NCBI GenBank assembly: GCA_963745035.1
Contig: CAVUVW010000013.1
Span: 1,632,001 to 1,696,000 of the forward strand
Direction: 5' to 3'
Length of the DNA stretch: 64,000 bases
DNA from: an uncultured delta proteobacterium
Lineage (GTDB): Bacteria > Desulfobacterota > Binatia > UBA9968
Part shown: positions 30,061 to 39,594 of the stretch, one piece after another
Layout of the letters: each line of letters begins with the position of its first letter
How positions within the stretch are numbered: position 1 is the first letter of the stretch
The notes under the pieces: model-generated
The model's input: only the letters and a program-made list of their open reading frames with translations
Told to the model about the DNA's origin: nothing
The model's database searches: none
Position numbers and translations under genes: made by a program

Positions 30061-30795
30061 TCAACCCAATGGCGTCAGCCCCTTCAAGGTCGGCAGCAAC
30101 TCGTCAAAGCTGTGAATGATCGCTCTAGGCTGCGCCGCCGCCAAGGTTTCCTCGTCGTTGTAAGAATGCTCCGTCGAGAGCGCGATAGGTAGGACTTCAA
30201 GATAAGTATCGCCGACCTTGCAGCCGTGCGTGTTGTTCCCCGCCCTGAGATAAGTCGCCGTGCCACTCAGCAAAACCACGCACATGTGCTTGGGTCTGTG
30301 CTTGCGATACAGAGAATAAATGCCCTGCTCCTTGGCGTAGTAGGTTTGATCGCGGTCGATGATCTCCTCGAAGTAGCCGCCGATGCCGGCTTTTTCCATC
30401 GCTTCGTGTTTGTACCGCCGCCCGCCGGTCGTCAGCAAAACATTCTTGAGTCCGGCCTGCTTGGTCTCCTGCAATGATTTCTCGATGCCGGAAATAAAGT
30501 TCGGCGGCTCGACATCGTAACGGTGCTTTTGCGCGATTTCCAGAGCATACTTTCGAATCTCGCCGCGCCTTGCTTCATTGAACGGCAAGCTCGGATCTTT
30601 TTCATATTCCTTGGCGAAAATCAGCGGTATGAGAAAAAGATCGAAGGGGCCGTCGGCGATCTTTCTGAGCCGCTCGAAACTGAGAGTCGGGAGGTTATAG
30701 CGCGGCAGGAGCTCGTTGACGATCGTCAACACCCGTTGAATGTCGGTCTCCACCGTGTCGGACATCGTGCGCAGTAAAAAGGTTTCGATGGCCAT
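30061..30795 (-). CDS. HAD-fold protein with degenerate catalytic motifs
   Basis: HAD-like layout (LLTTG, GIGGYFEEII, AAQPRAIIHSFDEL) but motif I reads LRTMSDT instead of DxDGT; GGAGG RBS. Confidence 0.55.
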   Translation of the reverse strand: MAIETFLLRTMSDTVETDIQRVLTIVNELLPRYNLPTLSFERLRKIADGPFDLFLIPLIFAKEYEKDPSLPFNEARRGEIRKYALEIAQKHRYDVEPPNFISGIEKSLQETKQAGLKNVLLTTGGRRYKHEAMEKAGIGGYFEEIIDRDQTYYAKEQGIYSLYRKHRPKHMCVVLLSGTATYLRAGNNTHGCKVGDTYLEVLPIALSTEHSYNDEETLAAAQPRAIIHSFDELLPTLKGLTPLG

Positions 30796-30848
30796 GGCTC
30801 ACCTCCGCGCCGATCTTATGGAATGCCGCGAAGTTGCGCAACCGCGAT

Positions 30849-31130
30849 TCATTCGTCGACCTGCTCGAAGGGCAGCCGATGCTTGCGCTCGACATTGCAC
30901 TTTTTGCAGCTCGGCACCAGATTTCCTTTGGTCGATTTTCCGCCGCGGATGATCGGCACCAAGTGATCCATGGTCAGATCACCGGGTGGAAATTTCCCGC
31001 CGCAATGGTGGCACAGACCCGCCGCCCGCTTGCGCTTCCACCACGGGCTGGCGCGCAACTCGCGCGCCTTTTGCCGCTCGAGGCGCATGTGCTCTTCGGA
31101 GACTTCCACGAGAAAGCGCGCGGCTTCCAT
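30849..31130 (-). CDS. HNH endonuclease family protein
   Basis: CHHC...LTMDHLVPIIRGGKSTKGNLVPSCKKCN; ATG 31130 within a TGATG overlap. Confidence 0.88.
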   Translation of the reverse strand: MEAARFLVEVSEEHMRLERQKARELRASPWWKRKRAAGLCHHCGGKFPPGDLTMDHLVPIIRGGKSTKGNLVPSCKKCNVERKHRLPFEQVDE

Positions 31131-31322
31131 CACTTGTACCACCGTTTCAAAGTCGTCAAGATAAATACCGAAGCCAAGCGCCACAAGAAAGTACAGCGCG
31201 CTCCGCGCCATCGTCCAGGAATCGCCGCCGTCAAGGAAACGGCGCAGCTCCCACGACGCGAAGAAGACGAAAAACACGGTCGCGCTGGCGATCAATATTT
31301 TGTGCGCCGTGATCAGCTTCAT
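31130..31322 (-). CDS. Small 2-TM membrane protein (appears fused to the HNH only through a probable 1-nt insertion)
   Basis: [12 protein letters not shown]...GFGIYL; removing one base at ~31158 gives [11 protein letters not shown] overlapping the HNH ATG. Confidence 0.6.
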
Positions 31323-31431
31323 GGGTATCTCAGCTTACTCAAGCACAGCCGGCGCGCCCGGCGCAAGCATTGCCACCCGGCAAGATCCTGTTATAAATCT
31401 CGTGCAATCCATTGCGAGGAGAAAGCAAAAG

Positions 31432-31812
31432 ATGGACAAAGAAGTGGTGAGCACCGCCGACGCGCCCAAAGCCATCGGCCCGTATGAGCAGGCGATCAAG
31501 GTCGGAGAGTTCGTTTACATCTCCGGTCAGATCCCGCTCGATCCGAAAACCGGCAGCCTCGTCGAAGGCGACATCAAAATCCAAACCCGCCGGGTGATGG
31601 AAAACTTAAAAGCGATCCTCCAAGCCGCGGGATCGTCCCTCGAGCGCGTCGTCAAGGCGACCGTGTTCCTCAAAAGCATCGGCGACTTCGCAGCCATGAA
31701 CGAAATCTACGCCGAGTATCTCGGCGCCGCCAAGCCGGCGCGCTCGACGGTCGCCGTCGCCGATTTGCCGCGCGGCGCGCTGGTTGAAATCGATCTGATC
31801 GCCCTGGTGTAA
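31432..31812 (+). CDS. ridA: RidA/YjgF family enamine/imine deaminase
   Basis: [35 protein letters not shown]. Confidence 0.93.
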   Translation: MDKEVVSTADAPKAIGPYEQAIKVGEFVYISGQIPLDPKTGSLVEGDIKIQTRRVMENLKAILQAAGSSLERVVKATVFLKSIGDFAAMNEIYAEYLGAAKPARSTVAVADLPRGALVEIDLIALV

Positions 31813-31823
31813 CTTGCCGGACT

Positions 31824-32392
31824 CTAAACGCCGAGGATCATCCGGACCAGGCTCCGCAGCGCGAGTTTCGCGGCGCCTTTCAGCGAACCATCGGCGAGTT
31901 CCTCGTTCTCTCCCGTGCCGCGCGGATAAGCAAAAATCCCTCTCGTGCCGGTCACCACCCAGGATTTAGGATCGGCGTAGACTTGCGGCAGCTTTGCGAC
32001 GATCGCGGCGTCGCTCATTTTCTTGAGGCGGGTGCTGCGCTGGTAATTTTTGTAGCGCCGGAATTGGCCGCGGTTGAGCCACAGGCCGTCGCAGTGGCGG
32101 CAGCGGCTGCAGTTGAATGTCCTTGGGCAGAATCGGGTCGGCGAAGATTGCAAGCTCATCGGCGCAGCGCGGGCAATAAAGAGTCTTTTCGCAAGTGTGA
32201 CTTTATCGCGCAGCAGACCTTCATCGAGCGGATCGAGTGTCTAGCTTCGTCGCCGTCGAGCGGAAAGAGCTCCCATTTGTCGCACCAGATGCCGCCGCAC
32301 CGGCCGCACTGGTCGATTTGAATGAGTGACCCGGGCGTCGCCCGCGCCGTCACCTCGGCCATCTCTCGGCTGCACTGAGGACACTGGAGCAA
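31824..32392 (-). CDS. Double zf-TFIIB-like zinc-ribbon protein, broken by several frameshifts
   Basis: CPQC..CGRCGGIWCDKWEL; second ribbon (YCPRC...CRHCDGLWLNRGQ) spread across frames between 32100 and 32240. Confidence 0.65.
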
Positions 32393-32406
32393 AATGCGCC
32401 TCGCCT

Positions 32407-33399
32407 TTACGAAATGGCCGCGACGCCCGTTTCCCGCATGCGAGAAAGCTCGGATTCACCGTGCGGGATGCCTGCCATTTGATACAGCAACTGTATCCTC
32501 CGCCCGATCGGCGGATGGCTGGCGAGCAGATCCGCCACCTTGCCGTCGCGGTCGTCCGCCGCGCGCCGCAGCGGATTGACAAAGAACAAATGCGCCGTGC
32601 CCCGCGTCGCTTTGTGAAACGGCATGGCCGCGGCGCCGATCTTCTCCAACGCCCGCGCCAAGCCGACCGGATTGCGGGTGTACTGGACCGCGGTGGCGTC
32701 GGCCAGATACTCCCGCTGGCGCGACACCGCCATCGCCAGCAGCCGCGCGATCAGCGGCGAGAAGGCGATCAAGAGCAGCAGCGGAAGAAACACCAGCGGA
32801 TTTTTCCGGCTCAGATGCCGGCCCGTGCGCGCGCTGTAAAAACCCCGCCCGCCCCAGTCGGCAAGCACCGCGATGCCGCCCAAAAGCACGCTCACCAGAG
32901 TCATGAGGAGAATATCCTCGTTGCGAATATGTGAGATCTCGTGCGCCACTACGCCTTGGGTTTCCTCCCGGTCGAGCAGGGTCAACAAGCCGGTCGTTAT
33001 GCAAATCGCCGCGTTCTTTTCGTTGGTGCCCGTGGCCAGCGCGTTGGGCGCCGGATCGAAGATCACGTACACCCGCGGCATCGCCGAACCCGACGCCAGC
33101 GCCATTTCGGTCACCACGTTGTGGAGCTCGCGGTGCTCGGGAGTTTTCAAGTTCAGCTTCTCGGCGCCGAGAGAGGAAAGAATCATGTCGCTGCCACCGT
33201 AGTACGCCGTCAACGTCGTCGCCGTCGCTATACCGAGCGCGAAAAGAGTGGCGAACGGCAGCGCCGGTCCAGTTGGCGTGAAGGCGTCGAAATAAAGGTA
33301 ATCGACGGCCGCACCGATGACGAGGAAAAATAAGATGAAGACGGCCACCAGCGTCGCGCTCCAGCGCTGGTTGCGCGCTTGCCTGGCGGCGAAGTCCAA
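32407..33399 (-). CDS. htpX: HtpX-like M48 zinc metalloprotease
   Basis: PNALATG, VAHEISH, SRQREYLAD, SHPP..RI; follows lemA. Confidence 0.88.
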   Translation of the reverse strand: MDFAARQARNQRWSATLVAVFILFFLVIGAAVDYLYFDAFTPTGPALPFATLFALGIATATTLTAYYGGSDMILSSLGAEKLNLKTPEHRELHNVVTEMALASGSAMPRVYVIFDPAPNALATGTNEKNAAICITTGLLTLLDREETQGVVAHEISHIRNEDILLMTLVSVLLGGIAVLADWGGRGFYSARTGRHLSRKNPLVFLPLLLLIAFSPLIARLLAMAVSRQREYLADATAVQYTRNPVGLARALEKIGAAAMPFHKATRGTAHLFFVNPLRRAADDRDGKVADLLASHPPIGRRIQLLYQMAGIPHGESELSRMRETGVAAIS

Positions 33400-33432
33400 G
33401 ACTTGCGGCGGATTCAGCGGCGCTTCCCCGGC

Positions 33433-33993
33433 CTAACGAGTGAGCGAGAGATTGACGCGCGGCACGGCCTTCTCCGTCTCCGCGACTTCGAACAGTTCGC
33501 TGGGCTTGAATCCGAAAAATCCCGCAAGCATGTTCGAGGGGAAAACCTGTTGTTTGGTGTTGTACTGCGTCACCAGGTCATTGTAGTACTGGCGCGCGAA
33601 GGTAATCTGATTCTCGGTGGTCGTCAGCTCTTCTTGCAGATCCAAAACGTTCTTGTTGGCCTTGAGGTCCGGATAGTTTTCCATCAGGGCGAATATTTTG
33701 CCCAACGACTGATTGAGGACGTTTTCCGCTTCGGCAGTCTCCTTCGCGCCTTTGGAGCCCATCGCCTGACTGCGCGCCTCGATGACTTTCTGTAAAGTAT
33801 CCTGCTCGTGCTGCATGTACCCTTTGACGGTTTCGACGAGGTTGGGGATCAGGTCGTAGCGCCGCTTGAGCTGAACGTCGATCTGCCGCCAGGCGTTTTG
33901 AATTCTCAAGCGCAGCGCGGTGAGCGCGTTGTAGGTCAAAATGATCCAGATGCCGAGCGACGAAGATGATGCGCCCAAATGATAAAACATCAT
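33433..33993 (-). CDS. lemA: LemA family protein
   Basis: AWRQIDVQLKRRYDLIPNLVETVKGY, ENYPDLKAN, ARQYYN; N-terminal TM segment possibly garbled by indels. Confidence 0.93.
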   Translation of the reverse strand: MMFYHLGASSSSLGIWIILTYNALTALRLRIQNAWRQIDVQLKRRYDLIPNLVETVKGYMQHEQDTLQKVIEARSQAMGSKGAKETAEAENVLNQSLGKIFALMENYPDLKANKNVLDLQEELTTTENQITFARQYYNDLVTQYNTKQQVFPSNMLAGFFGFKPSELFEVAETEKAVPRVNLSLTR

Positions 33994-35018
33994 AGGCTGC
34001 GCAATCCTCCCGTCTCATCACGGAACAGTATCGCCTTGGTGACGTCGCGCACGCGCGCCACGCCGGTCATCGTCAGCACGCGCTGCATCTCCTCGGCGAG
34101 GATGTTGTACACGCGCTCGACGCCGCGCGCGCCGAAGGCGCCGACGCCCCAGGCCACCGGCCTGCCGACCAGCACCGCTTTGGCGCCGAGCGCCAACGCT
34201 TTGACGATGTCGCCGCCGCTGCGGATGCCGCTGTCGAGCAGCACCGGCACTTTGCCGTTGGCCGCATCGACCACTTCCGGCAGAGCCTCGAGCGCTGAGC
34301 GGTTGAAGTCGAGGATGCGCCCGCCGTGATTGGACACCACCAGCGCGTCGGCGCCGGAATTGATCGCGACCTGCGCGTCGTCGGCGCCCATGATGCCCTT
34401 GACGACCACGGGCAAGTCCACCTGCTGCTTCATCCACTCGATGTCTTTCGGCGTCGACTTGTGTCCCTTGCGCGGCTTGCCGTCTTTGGTCGAGAGCGGC
34501 ACTTCATCGCCGATCTTCACCGGCCGCGCCGTATCCATGGTGATGCCGACCGCCGCAAAGCCGAGATCCTCGGCCGTTTTGGCGTACTCCGAAACTTCTT
34601 CTTTGCCGCGATTCATGTAAGCCATGAATACCAGCGGCGACTTGGCGGCGCTGCGCCAGCCCTTAGGGTCGAATTTGGCCGCCTGGCTGGTGAACATCAT
34701 GGCGCCGACCCGTTCGCCGCCTTGAGCAACTTCGCGCTCGGCGTCCTCGCCGATCAAGCTGAAGCTTCCGACCGGCGCGGTGATGGCCGGAATCGGCAGG
34801 GTGTGGCCGAAGAGCTCCACCGAAATATCGGGCTCGGCGACGTCATGAAAGATCTTCTGGCGGAAAAGATACTGGCGGAAAGCGCGCGGATTGCGATGAA
34901 ACGTCGCCTTGGTCTCCGCCGCGCCGTTGAAATGCTTCCAGGCTTCGGCAGGGACGCGCCGGCGCATGATCTCGCGCAGCTCGCGCAGACCCATCTGTTC
35001 GAGCGGTTTTTCGGTCAT
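33990..35018 (-). CDS. FMN-dependent alpha-hydroxy acid oxidase/dehydrogenase family protein
   Basis: TAPVG, VVKGI, VSNHGGRILD, DSGIRSGGD, GAKAVLVGRP. Confidence 0.9.
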   Translation of the reverse strand: MTEKPLEQMGLRELREIMRRRVPAEAWKHFNGAAETKATFHRNPRAFRQYLFRQKIFHDVAEPDISVELFGHTLPIPAITAPVGSFSLIGEDAEREVAQGGERVGAMMFTSQAAKFDPKGWRSAAKSPLVFMAYMNRGKEEVSEYAKTAEDLGFAAVGITMDTARPVKIGDEVPLSTKDGKPRKGHKSTPKDIEWMKQQVDLPVVVKGIMGADDAQVAINSGADALVVSNHGGRILDFNRSALEALPEVVDAANGKVPVLLDSGIRSGGDIVKALALGAKAVLVGRPVAWGVGAFGARGVERVYNILAEEMQRVLTMTGVARVRDVTKAILFRDETGGLRSL

Positions 35019-35024
35019 GGAACC

Positions 35025-35876
35025 TCAATTCTGCGAGGCGACCTCCCAGCAGTTGGTGCCGGGATCGCGGAAACAAAAGGATGCCGAGCCGTTCTGCTCT
35101 TGCAAAGGAAAGAGTTCGGTGATGCCCAACTCCTCGGCGCGCTCGCTGAACTCGCGATGAGCGTCTTCGACCGCGGCTCGGGATTCCACCGCCAGGGTGT
35201 TGCGAAAGTTCGGCGAAAACACTTTTGGATTTTCGCGCAGGGCGCAAACGATGAAAGTCTTGGTACTCGGATGCTTCAGGTAGATCACGTGGCTGCTGAA
35301 TCGATGCACATCGAGATTCAAAACGCTGGTGTAGAAATTCTTGCTGACTTCCATATCGCAAGAGACCAGTGTTCCGTGGGTGAACGCCTGCGGCACGTAG
35401 CCTCGGCCCGGAAATCGCTCTTCAGGATAAACTTCTTCCCAGTGGGGTTTTTTCACGCCGCCGAACTTTTGCGCGGTCGCTTCCTTGCGCGCGAAATCTT
35501 CGTAGCACTCGATTTCCCAACCGTTGGTGCCGGGCTCGACGAAGTAGCAGGAATACGAGCCATGGCTCCAGGTCGGCTTGCCGATGGCGCCGAGCTTGTA
35601 CTGCGCTTTGTGCGCGTTCAGATACTCGTAAGCCTTATCGACCTCTTCTTTGGTGGTCACGCGCACGCCCCAGTGATTGTGCATGGGCTTGGCCGGCGCG
35701 TCGGGCCCGGCCTCGTGCAGCACCAGCACCCACGGAGAATTGGGATGCTTGAGGGTCGCCTCGCCGGCTGTTTCAGAGATCTTCTCGAAGGCCAGCAAAT
35801 CGGTCATCACCGCGAGCGATTCCCGCAGATCGCGGCATTCCATGTGGGTTTTTGAGAGCGCGATGGGCTTGATCAT
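35025..35876 (-). CDS. VOC (glyoxalase/extradiol dioxygenase) family two-domain protein
   Basis: THMEC, NHWG, YFVEPGTNGWEI, THGTL, FRDPGTNCWEV. Confidence 0.85.
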   Translation of the reverse strand: MIKPIALSKTHMECRDLRESLAVMTDLLAFEKISETAGEATLKHPNSPWVLVLHEAGPDAPAKPMHNHWGVRVTTKEEVDKAYEYLNAHKAQYKLGAIGKPTWSHGSYSCYFVEPGTNGWEIECYEDFARKEATAQKFGGVKKPHWEEVYPEERFPGRGYVPQAFTHGTLVSCDMEVSKNFYTSVLNLDVHRFSSHVIYLKHPSTKTFIVCALRENPKVFSPNFRNTLAVESRAAVEDAHREFSERAEELGITELFPLQEQNGSASFCFRDPGTNCWEVASQN

Positions 35877-35905
35877 GGCCGTCCTCACATGCCAGTCGTG
35901 GGGAA

Positions 35906-35934
35906 AATTTACAGCGCTCCGCCTACCCTGTCAA
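35906..35934 (-). promoter_or_regulatory. Putative sigma70 promoter of the VOC/oxidase/lemA/htpX unit
   Basis: Minus-strand TTGACA (35934-35929), 17 nt spacer, TAAATT (35911-35906). Confidence 0.65.
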
Positions 35935-35935
35935 A

Positions 35936-35968
35936 TGAGATACTCCCGACACAGTCGGGAGTATCTCA
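35936..35968. repeat. Perfect 15-bp inverted repeat with 3-nt loop between divergent promoters
   Basis: TGAGATACTCCCGAC-ACA-GTCGGGAGTATCTCA. Confidence 0.85.
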
Positions 35969-36033
35969 CCCTGAACAAAGTGAAGGGCTTGCTTTTCTCG
36001 TCAATCACACGACATAGCTGGCTCAAATCCAGC

Positions 36034-36062
36034 TTGACACAAAACAGCCTTTTCCTTAGATT
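36034..36062 (+). promoter_or_regulatory. Putative sigma70 promoter of the Bug/TctC gene array
   Basis: TTGACA (36034-36039), 17 nt spacer, TAGATT (36057-36062). Confidence 0.65.
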
Positions 36063-36095
36063 CGCGCAGCTTTGCGGAAAGAGGAGAGCCCGGTA

Positions 36096-37124
36096 ATGAA
36101 AATGCGCTGCGTCTTGTTGATTTTCGTTCTGTTCGCCTTGCTGATGTCCGGCGCGGTCTCCGGTTTCGCGCAAGAATCGTTCTACAAGGGCAAAACCATC
36201 CGCATGATCGTCGGCACTTCGGCCGGCGGAGGATTCGACACATACACGCGCACCCTGGCGCGCCATTTCGGCAAGCATGTGTCTGGACAGCCGGCGATCG
36301 TGGTCGAAAACATGCCCGGCGCCGGTCATTTGATTGCCGCCAACCACATGTTCAAGGTCGCCAAGCCCGACGGTTTGACCGTCGGCCACTTTCATGGCGG
36401 CTGGTTTCTCTATCAACTCTTTCAACGCCCCGGCATCGAGTTCGACGCCATGCAGTTCGAATTCGTCGGCTCGCCGATCAAGGAGAGCCGCGCCTGCGCG
36501 TTTACCAAAGCGAGCGGCATCACCAGCGTCGAGAGATGGCTCGCGTCCAAGACGCCGGTAAAAGTCGGCGGCATCGGCGGCGGTGCGCCCGACGACATGG
36601 CGCGCATGCTGGCGGCGACCACCGCGCTGCCGATTCAGCTCGTCACCGGATACAAGGGCACGGCGGAAATCCGTCTCGCCGCCGAGAGCGGCGAGCTCGC
36701 CGGCGGCTGCTGGACTTGGGATTCGATTCGCGCGACGTGGAGCAAAGCGATTCAGTCCGGCGAAGCCGTTGTCGTTCTCCAGGCCGTGGGCAAACCGCAT
36801 CCGGAGCTGCCCCGCGTGCCGCTGGCGCAGAGTTTGGCCAAGAACGACGAGGCGCGCCAACTCCTCAAGGCCGGCGTGCAAGACCCCGCCGATTTTTACC
36901 GCCCCTACGTCACACCGCCGCGCACTCCCAAGCAGCGGGTCGAAACCTTGCGCCAGGCTTTCGATGTGACGATGAAGGACCCGGAGTTTTTAGCCGACGC
37001 CAAAAAAGCCAATCTCGATCTGGAGCCTATCACCGGCTTGGAAATGGAACGGATCGTTTCCGGAATTTTTAAGCTCGATCCGGCGCTGACGGCAAAATTG
37101 AAAAGCATCTTGAATCCGAGCTGA
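36096..37124 (+). CDS. Bug/TctC tripartite tricarboxylate transporter substrate-binding protein
   Basis: SAGGGFDTYTR, VENMPGAG, KPDGLT, GYKGTAE. Confidence 0.9.
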   Translation: MKMRCVLLIFVLFALLMSGAVSGFAQESFYKGKTIRMIVGTSAGGGFDTYTRTLARHFGKHVSGQPAIVVENMPGAGHLIAANHMFKVAKPDGLTVGHFHGGWFLYQLFQRPGIEFDAMQFEFVGSPIKESRACAFTKASGITSVERWLASKTPVKVGGIGGGAPDDMARMLAATTALPIQLVTGYKGTAEIRLAAESGELAGGCWTWDSIRATWSKAIQSGEAVVVLQAVGKPHPELPRVPLAQSLAKNDEARQLLKAGVQDPADFYRPYVTPPRTPKQRVETLRQAFDVTMKDPEFLADAKKANLDLEPITGLEMERIVSGIFKLDPALTAKLKSILNPS

Positions 37125-37167
37125 AGTATCGTCGTCAAATCTACGTATGCTGCAAAGGAACCGAACC

Positions 37168-38190
37168 ATGAAGAAATTGTTTTTTCTCTTTGTGTGCGCG
37201 CTCGGCGTTCTTGCCTTCCACGGCGCTCAGGCCTTTGGTCAGGCGAACTTCTACGAAAACAAGACCATCCGGATGATCGTCGGTTTCACCGCCGGCGGCG
37301 GTTACGACGCCTACACGCGCACGATCGGCCGCCACATGGGCAAACATATTCCCGGCAATCCGGCGATCTTGGTGGAGAACATGCCCGGCGCCGGCAGCAT
37401 GATCTCCGCCAACTACACCTTCAAAGCGGCAAAGCCCGACGGCCTGACGATCGGCCATTTCATCGGCGGCCTGTTTCTCCAGCAACTCTTGGGCAAGCCC
37501 GGCATCGAGTTCGACGCCAGCCAGTTTCAGTACATCGGAGTTCCGGGCCAGGATAATTTCGTCATCGGCGTCGCCAAGTCGACGGGGATCACCGACGTCG
37601 ATTCCTGGTTGGCTTCGAAACAGGTCGTAAAATTCGGCGGCGTCGCGTCCGGTTCCGGCTCGGACGATGTTCCAAACATACTGAAAGCGACCCTCGGATT
37701 CCCCATCCAGCTGGTCTCGGGATATAAAGGCACCGCCGACGTTCGACTCGCGTTTAACAGCGGCGAAGTCGCCGGCCTCAGCAATTCATGGGAGTCGACG
37801 AAATCCACCTGGCGCAAAGAATTGGAGAGCGGCGATCTCAAACTGGTACTGCAGGCAACCCTCAAGCCGCACCCGGAATTTCCCAAGCTACCGATGGCGC
37901 TGAATTATGCTAAGACGGACGAAGCCAAGCGGCTGATCTCGACAGTCGCGCGCGTGCACGGCCCGACGGTCAGGCCCTATGTCTTGCCGCCGAATACCCC
38001 CAAGGACCGCGTGCAGATCATTCGCAAGGCGTTCATGGACACGATGAAAGATCCCGATTTTCTCGCTGAAGCCAAGAAGGCCAATCTCGACATCAATCCC
38101 GACGACGGCGCGACCCTCGAACAGAATGTCAAAGAGATCTTGAAGCTGGAACCCGCGCTGATCGCCAAGCTCAAGGAAATTCTGAAGTAG
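37168..38190 (+). CDS. Bug/TctC substrate-binding protein (paralog 2)
   Basis: TAGGGYDAYTR, VENMPGAGS, GYKGTAD. Confidence 0.9.
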   Translation: MKKLFFLFVCALGVLAFHGAQAFGQANFYENKTIRMIVGFTAGGGYDAYTRTIGRHMGKHIPGNPAILVENMPGAGSMISANYTFKAAKPDGLTIGHFIGGLFLQQLLGKPGIEFDASQFQYIGVPGQDNFVIGVAKSTGITDVDSWLASKQVVKFGGVASGSGSDDVPNILKATLGFPIQLVSGYKGTADVRLAFNSGEVAGLSNSWESTKSTWRKELESGDLKLVLQATLKPHPEFPKLPMALNYAKTDEAKRLISTVARVHGPTVRPYVLPPNTPKDRVQIIRKAFMDTMKDPDFLAEAKKANLDINPDDGATLEQNVKEILKLEPALIAKLKEILK

Positions 38191-38230
38191 CTCATCTCGA
38201 ATCCGAGAGAAGCGGGGATATGAGGCGCCT

Positions 38231-39244
38231 ATGGGTCGGATCAGTCTTATTTGCTTCGTGCTGCTCGCCGCTTGGCCGGCAGGCGCCCGCGCGCAAGCCA
38301 ACTTCTACGAAGGAAAAACCGTTCGTATCATCGTCGGTCTGGCGGCCGGCGGCGGCTACGATCTTTACGCGCGCACGCTTGCCCGCCACTTCGGCAAACA
38401 TATTCCGGGGAATCCCGCCGTCGTTGTCGAGAACATGACCGGCGCGGGAAGCATTATCGCTGCCAATCATCTATACAAGATCGCCAAGCCGGACGGCCTG
38501 ACCATCGGACACTATCTCGGCGGCATCGCGCTGCAGCAACTGCTCGGTAAATCCGGCATCGAATTCGACGCCCGGCGGTTCCGATACATCGGCGTGCCGG
38601 CGCAGGACAACTTCATCATCGGCGTGCACAAGTCGACGGGCATCACCGACGTCAACGCCTGGATCGCGTCCAAGCAGATGGTCAAGTTCGGCGGCATCGG
38701 CCCAGGCGCGGGCAGCGACGATATTCCAAAAATATTGGCCGCGACGATCAACCTTCCCGCCCAGGTCGTTTCCGGCTACAAGGGCACCGCGGACACGCGT
38801 TTGGCGTTCAACAACGGTGAAGTTCAGGCAACCAGCAACGCGTGGGAGTCGACGAAATCCACGTGGAAAAATGAGCTCAATTCGGGCTTACTCAAAGTCG
38901 TTTTGCAGGCAAACCTCAAGTCTCACCCTGAGTTGAAAAATATTCCCGTATCCTACGAAATGGCCAAAAGCGACGAAGCCAAAATTCTCATGGCGACGGT
39001 CTTGCGCGCCAATAGCCCGACGGTCCGTCCTTTCATGGCCCCGCCGGGTACGCCCGAGGATCGAGTGCAGATCTTGCGCAAGGCATTCATGGCAACAATG
39101 ACTGACCCTGAGCTCATGGCGGAAGCGAAGAAGGCAAACCTCGACATCAATCCTCTCGATGGCGCGGAGCTCGAGCAAAATGTCCGGGAGATCTTCAAGG
39201 TCGAACCGCCGCTCGTCGCCAAGCTCAAAGAAATTTTGAAGTAA
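38231..39244 (+). CDS. Bug/TctC substrate-binding protein (paralog 3)
   Basis: AAGGGYDLYAR, VENMTGAGS, GYKGTAD; very similar to paralog 2. Confidence 0.9.
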   Translation: MGRISLICFVLLAAWPAGARAQANFYEGKTVRIIVGLAAGGGYDLYARTLARHFGKHIPGNPAVVVENMTGAGSIIAANHLYKIAKPDGLTIGHYLGGIALQQLLGKSGIEFDARRFRYIGVPAQDNFIIGVHKSTGITDVNAWIASKQMVKFGGIGPGAGSDDIPKILAATINLPAQVVSGYKGTADTRLAFNNGEVQATSNAWESTKSTWKNELNSGLLKVVLQANLKSHPELKNIPVSYEMAKSDEAKILMATVLRANSPTVRPFMAPPGTPEDRVQILRKAFMATMTDPELMAEAKKANLDINPLDGAELEQNVREIFKVEPPLVAKLKEILK

Positions 39245-39340
39245 GGAAAATTTTAACCTCTAATACGGACGGAACAAAAGTCTCTGACGGCTTGAACGAT
39301 TGAACGTCTAGAACGTTTTGAACCGTCCGCGGGAGAAGCG

Positions 39341-39559
39341 ATGAAGATCACCATCGATCGAACCAAGTGCGACGGCTATGCCAAGTGCGTCCAAGCCGCG
39401 CCCAAAGTGTTCCGCCTCGACGCCAAGATGATCGCCGAAGTCATTGATCCCAAAGCCGACACCGACGAAAAAATCTTGCTGACAGCGAAGATCTGCCCGA
39501 CTAAAGCGATTGTTCTGGAAGAGGAAGAAAGCGGAAAGAGAATCTTTCCTACGGAATGA
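39341..39559 (+). CDS. Small ferredoxin (3Fe-4S type)
   Basis: IDRTKCDGYAKCVQAAP...ICPTKAI (second Cys position is Tyr). Confidence 0.85.
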   Translation: MKITIDRTKCDGYAKCVQAAPKVFRLDAKMIAEVIDPKADTDEKILLTAKICPTKAIVLEEEESGKRIFPTE

Positions 39560-39594
39560 CCACCGCAGTTGAGCAGCGGTAGCCTTCCGTCATT

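Noticed and set aside
28310-31130. Macro domain + HNH as an anti-phage or toxin module
   Set aside because: Ordinary YmdB-like and small HNH proteins, separated by corA, with no ADP-ribosyltransferase or defence context
30849-31322. Apparent membrane-anchored HNH nuclease fusion (157 aa)
   Set aside because: Removing one base gives a natural ...LKRWYK* end overlapping the HNH ATG (TGATG); likely an indel artefact
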